Assembly: GCA_018897195.1 (NCBI GenBank)
Contig: JAHILH010000006.1
Span: 2,152-66,151, forward strand
Source: Patescibacteria group bacterium
GTDB taxonomy: Bacteria > Patescibacteriota > Patescibacteriia > Patescibacteriales > UBA12075
DNA length: 64,000 bases
Direction: 5' to 3'
The translations under genes were made by a program, and so were the position numbers. Shown here in pieces: positions 60,084 through 64,000 of the stretch. Below the pieces are notes generated by a model. The model had not been told where the DNA came from and searched no databases. It worked only from the letters and a program-made list of their open reading frames with translations. Each line of letters starts with the position of its first letter. The stretch's first letter is position 1.

Positions 60084-61130
60084 ATGCAAAAAACAAAAAC
60101 AAGAAGATTTCTTGTTGCCTTAGTAATATTTTCTATGGTAACAACTTATTTGACAATGCCTACGGCAAAAGCGGCTTCATTTGATTCTGCAAAAGACACA
60201 ATCAGTGATTCAGCACCGAGTATTGTTACAACACATACTATCACAGTCAATCTAGGCACCGCTTTGGTAGCTGGTGATTATGTTAGTATTGATTTCGGCT
60301 CCTTTACTGGTGCTGTGGAAGGCAATACTAGTTGTGCTGCTTTTGGTGATTCAACTGCAACCACTACCGTTGACGGAGTTGGTTGTGAGGTTAACACTGC
60401 AGTTAGCTCAACAACAGATCAGACAATTACTGTTACTGGTGTAACCAGTCCAGTGGCTGGTGGTTACTCTGTTTACGCTCGAACTTATAATGCTAGTGGC
60501 GTAGAAATTGAAAATGCGCAAATGATTGTGTATTTAGTAGATGCTGTAACTGTTACCGCTCACGTTAACGCAACTTTGACATTCGGAGTTGCTGCAATTA
60601 ATGCTGGCGTTGAGATTAATGGCGCAACAACAACTGCTACTTCAACAGCAACTGCAGTTCCTTTCGGAACTTTGAGTTCTGTGGCACCTTCAGTAGTGGG
60701 CCAAGAGTTATCAGTAACAACTAATGCTAGTAATGGTTTTAGTGTGACTGTTCAACAAGACGGTGAAATGGTTTCAGCTGCCGGAGCTAACATTAACAGC
60801 TTTAAAATGGCTGCTAATAACGCTGGTTTAGCGACACCTGAAGTTTGGTCTGATCCAGTGGCAACATTGGGCAGTGATAATACTTATGGTCACATGGGTC
60901 TTACCACTGATGATTCTGATGGTGCTATCGGAACAGCCTTTGGTGGTGCTAAGCTTGCAGGTTTAGCTGCAACTGCTCCTATGGAGATTATGTCTCACAC
61001 TGGTGCAGCTGATGGTTCTACACCTGATAAGGGTAAAGTTAGAGTGGCTTACGAAGTTGGTATTACTGACTTACAAGAAGCTGGTGATTATCAATCAACT
61101 TTGACTTACGTTTGTACACCTACTTACTAA
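60084..61130 (+). CDS. Secreted Thr/Ala-rich surface protein, WxL-like C-terminal domain (paralog 2)
   Basis: Signal peptide (AKA), ELSVTTNASNGFSVTV, YGHMGLT, ends AGDYQSTLTYVCTPTY; ATG at 60084 preferred. Confidence 0.75.
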   Translation: MQKTKTRRFLVALVIFSMVTTYLTMPTAKAASFDSAKDTISDSAPSIVTTHTITVNLGTALVAGDYVSIDFGSFTGAVEGNTSCAAFGDSTATTTVDGVGCEVNTAVSSTTDQTITVTGVTSPVAGGYSVYARTYNASGVEIENAQMIVYLVDAVTVTAHVNATLTFGVAAINAGVEINGATTTATSTATAVPFGTLSSVAPSVVGQELSVTTNASNGFSVTVQQDGEMVSAAGANINSFKMAANNAGLATPEVWSDPVATLGSDNTYGHMGLTTDDSDGAIGTAFGGAKLAGLAATAPMEIMSHTGAADGSTPDKGKVRVAYEVGITDLQEAGDYQSTLTYVCTPTY

Positions 61131-61156
61131 TATTTAGTAAATAGATTCTATATAGT

Positions 61157-61194
61157 AAAAACTCCTCCGGTTTTACCGGGGGAGTTTTTGTTTT
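61157..61194 (+). terminator. Intrinsic terminator
   Basis: aaaaactcctccggt-tt(t)-accgggggagttttt. Confidence 0.82.
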
Positions 61195-61195
61195 A

Positions 61196-61231
61196 CCTTC
61201 GCCACGCCGTAGCTTTTTTAGCGTAGGCGGG
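61196..61231 (-). repeat. Short palindromic repeat, family A
   Basis: Reverse complement cccgcctacgctaaaaaagctacggcgtggcgaagg matches 1545-1573. Confidence 0.65.
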
Positions 61232-61357
61232 TTTTTTTATCCACAGTGTTATTTTTAAGGCTATTTCGGTTCCTTGCTATGTTCAAAAGTGCTTTAAATA
61301 TGACAAATTTTCTTCCTTTTCTTGTTTGTTAAATTATTGCAAAGAGTGCCTAAAAAA

Positions 61358-61366
61358 TGTTATAAT
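61358..61366 (+). promoter_or_regulatory. Extended -10 promoter element
   Basis: TGTTATAAT upstream of the ORF at 61513. Confidence 0.5.
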
Positions 61367-61512
61367 AACTTTAGGAATCATAAATTTGTGCATAAAAATA
61401 TTTCAAATAAATTTCTTCAAAAATAAAAACAAATCATTTCAGTATCCAGCTAAAATTAAGCAAAAACAAAAACAAAATTAATTAAACAAATAATTAATTT
61501 TTTTATTTTTCC

Positions 61513-64000
61513 ATGCTTGTAAGAAAAGGAAAGACTAATATACCCTTTGATTTGTTAAAAAATCTCAGAAGTCAGCTAAAAGAACGAAAGTTTAGCTGGC
61601 GTTTTGTTTTTTTAGCGGGATTAATTATTTATGTGTTTGGTTTTTCGCCTTTTGGTTTTGCACGCAAGACTATTCGAGCGATTATGGGCGTAGATGTGGC
61701 GGTGGTGGATTTATATGTTGGTAATGCGAGTCTTAGTAGTGAGCAAACTGATTTTAAGACTGGTTGGTGGAGTGAGCAGAAGACCCTGGGTGAGCCTGAT
61801 TTGGGACCAAATGATGAGTTAATGGCTTTTAATGATGGTAATTCAGCTTTTTATTCAGGCGGAAAATATTCTTTAATTTTAGATAATTTTTTGCCATCAA
61901 CTGATTACAGCGTAGCCACTGACGATCAAGCAATAATATCAGTTGAGCAGCCAGTAGAAGCCAGCTCATCGGTGACGGAGCCGGAGGTGCAAGGCGATAT
62001 TGATTTAGCTACAACGACTGAGGTGCAAGGCGATATTGATATAGCTACAACGACTGAGGATGTTGTTCAGCCAGATTTAAACACAGAAGAGGAGGCACCG
62101 ATGTCATCTAGTGATGAACCGCTAGTTGATGATTACGACAATGTTCAAATAATAGAATCAATTCAGACACCAGTATTGGATAATGATTCAGTGGAGGTGA
62201 TTGAGCCAGTGCAAAATCCTGGTGGAGCAGAAGAGACGCCAAAAGAAGTTTCTTGGCTCGATAAAACTCTTAATTTTTTTGGAAAAATTAGCGCTAGTGT
62301 GAATAATTATTATGCTTTGGCACAGGATAGTGTAATTGACTTAGAGAGTTTTGGTAATTTTCAAGGAGCGACGATTAAATTTTCTTTAGCTACAGCAAAT
62401 ATAAAGCAAGAAGCAGGCAGTCTTGAGCAGGGGGTTGATAGTGTTGTGAATGTGGAAAATGATTTGCAGCAACTAGCGACATCGTCTGATGAGATAGCCA
62501 GTTCAACTGATGTTTTGCCAAGCGTTGAAGATTTGGTGGCAACTAGTACGCAGTCGCGACTAGATGTGCTCAGGGATTTTTTTGCAAAAAAAGTGAATGC
62601 ACAGACTGATGATAAAATTGTTATTTGGTATGCAGTGGGCGAGGTAACTAGCACATCAACTGATAGTCTTTTATGGCAGGAATTGGGACGAATTAGCAAT
62701 GCGGATGCCTCGAATGCTTTACATGGCGGTTATTTTGAGTATGACGCTAGTTTCTTGAAAAATTGGACAGATGTGAAAAATTTACACTTGAAGCTGGAGG
62801 GTGTAAACGACAGTGAGGATGGTTTTGTTTTTTATTTGGACAGTGCTTGGGTGTCAGCGGAATATGAGGTCGCGGATAATGCGCCAGAGTTGGAGGCTTT
62901 GCGACGAGCACGTTGGGAACAGGCTTTGCAAATGTTGTCCGATCAGAAGGATTTTAAGATTAACGAAAAAGGTGAGATTCGTTTTAAGTATACTAAAAAT
63001 AACGAAAAACTATTATCCAAAGTAGGTGAATTTTTGGGTTGGACGAGTTATTGGAGCGACATTGACTTACGCGCCGAGTTAATTGGTAAAGATGGTCAAG
63101 TTTTAAATTTCCAACCGACGATTTTCTTCGAAGATGACGGTGAATTTGTGATTACCTTGCCCGATTTACCAGCTGATTTTGAGCCAGGTAAATATTCGAT
63201 TAAATTTATTATTATTGACAACTCTGGCGATGTGCCAGAGACGATTGAAATAACTCGAGATTTTAGTTGGGGAGTTTTGGCTTTGAATTATGACAAGTCT
63301 GTTTACCGGGAGAATGAGCGCGCTTATTTGCAGATGGCGGCCTTGGACGACGGTGGCCATACCCTGTGTGATGCGGAATTGCTCTTAAGGATAATTAGCC
63401 CCAGCGGTGTAGTCAAGGAATTTGATACGGCGAGTGGAACGATTGCGCTTAGTCCTGCTTGCGGTCCCGAAACAGTGACTGATGTTCCGGATTATTTTGC
63501 GTATTATGATGTCGCTGAAGCAGGGCAGTATGCCATTGAATTAACAGCAATTACCAGAAACGGGACACGCAACATCAGTGATGTCTTGGAGGTGAAGGGT
63601 AACCTACCCCTTGAGGTGCAGCGAGTGGGGGCGACGCGTATTTTTCCAAAAGCTGATTATGTAATGACGATGCTCGTAACAGCCAAGGAGGATTATTCTG
63701 GCGACATTGTTGAGTCTATGCCAGCAAATTTTAGGGTTGTTAGTAATGATTTACGAATTACTAATTCGATTGAGCGCGATCCCTATGGACCTAGTTTTGA
63801 ATATGAAGAGAATGTTGTCGGTGATCGAAAAATTTTAACTTGGAAAGGTGTGGAGATTTTGAAGGGAGATATTTTGGAGATTAAATATCGCTACGATGCC
63901 CCTGATGTGTCGCCGGAATTCTATTTACTGGGACCATTGACTATTGGCTCTGCGACAGAGATGCGTCCTTGGCAGATTGCTTCGGATGCAGTGATTAACA
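61513..64000 (+). CDS. N-terminal part of a very large surface protein (3'-truncated; absent from ORF track)
   Basis: Frame open from ATG at 61513 (MLVRKGKTNIPF...) to the window end (...MRPWQIASDAVIN); N-terminal TM, acidic low-complexity region, beta-rich domains. Confidence 0.8.
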   Translation, partial: MLVRKGKTNIPFDLLKNLRSQLKERKFSWRFVFLAGLIIYVFGFSPFGFARKTIRAIMGVDVAVVDLYVGNASLSSEQTDFKTGWWSEQKTLGEPDLGPNDELMAFNDGNSAFYSGGKYSLILDNFLPSTDYSVATDDQAIISVEQPVEASSSVTEPEVQGDIDLATTTEVQGDIDIATTTEDVVQPDLNTEEEAPMSSSDEPLVDDYDNVQIIESIQTPVLDNDSVEVIEPVQNPGGAEETPKEVSWLDKTLNFFGKISASVNNYYALAQDSVIDLESFGNFQGATIKFSLATANIKQEAGSLEQGVDSVVNVENDLQQLATSSDEIASSTDVLPSVEDLVATSTQSRLDVLRDFFAKKVNAQTDDKIVIWYAVGEVTSTSTDSLLWQELGRISNADASNALHGGYFEYDASFLKNWTDVKNLHLKLEGVNDSEDGFVFYLDSAWVSAEYEVADNAPELEALRRARWEQALQMLSDQKDFKINEKGEIRFKYTKNNEKLLSKVGEFLGWTSYWSDIDLRAELIGKDGQVLNFQPTIFFEDDGEFVITLPDLPADFEPGKYSIKFIIIDNSGDVPETIEITRDFSWGVLALNYDKSVYRENERAYLQMAALDDGGHTLCDAELLLRIISPSGVVKEFDTASGTIALSPACGPETVTDVPDYFAYYDVAEAGQYAIELTAITRNGTRNISDVLEVKGNLPLEVQRVGATRIFPKADYVMTMLVTAKEDYSGDIVESMPANFRVVSNDLRITNSIERDPYGPSFEYEENVVGDRKILTWKGVEILKGDILEIKYRYDAPDVSPEFYLLGPLTIGSATEMRPWQIASDAVIN
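61984..62055 (+). repeat. In-frame 36-bp tandem duplication
   Basis: gaggtgcaaggcgatattgat(t/a)tagctacaacgact x2, encoding EVQGDID(L/I)ATTT. Confidence 0.9.

Noticed and set aside
57900..61400. Replication origin suggested by DnaA boxes
   Set aside because: The boxes are dispersed rather than clustered, there is no dnaA/dnaN nearby, and gene orientation does not switch.

Overview
AT-rich bacterial chromosomal segment, standard genetic code (TGA used as stop), with almost all genes on the + strand. Gene content and protein style point to a Patescibacteria/CPR (Parcubacteria-like) genome; this is inferred, not proven. Housekeeping genes: TrmH methylase, ftsK, lepB, hisS, rpsU, yqeY, a short Rel, ybeY, dgkA, ftsA, ftsZ. 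Also present: a type IV pilus/competence cluster (comF, pilM/N/O-like, pilB, receiver protein, pilC, LysM lytic transglycosylase, LTD/OB-fold protein), a stand-alone pilin, and many large secreted or anchored proteins (VirB2/TrbC-pilin fusions, DxDxDG-repeat proteins, two WxL-like paralogs, two proteins cut by the window ends). No rRNA, tRNA, CRISPR array, transposase or integrase was recognised. The most unusual region is 54-61.5 kb. It holds a two-gene unit with strong Shine-Dalgarno sites, followed by a ~280-nt element of three hairpins with an identical GAGC-AAAA-GUUC cap. Next come a lipoprotein-like ferredoxin with an MsrQ-like and a DedA gene, and two paralogous surface-protein genes. 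Their long leaders share a structured AGGUCGAA motif, and one leader carries three covarying hairpins capped by UUUAAAGAGG. Several families of small palindromic repeats fill intergenic gaps. All calls were made by eye; no database search or folding program was run.
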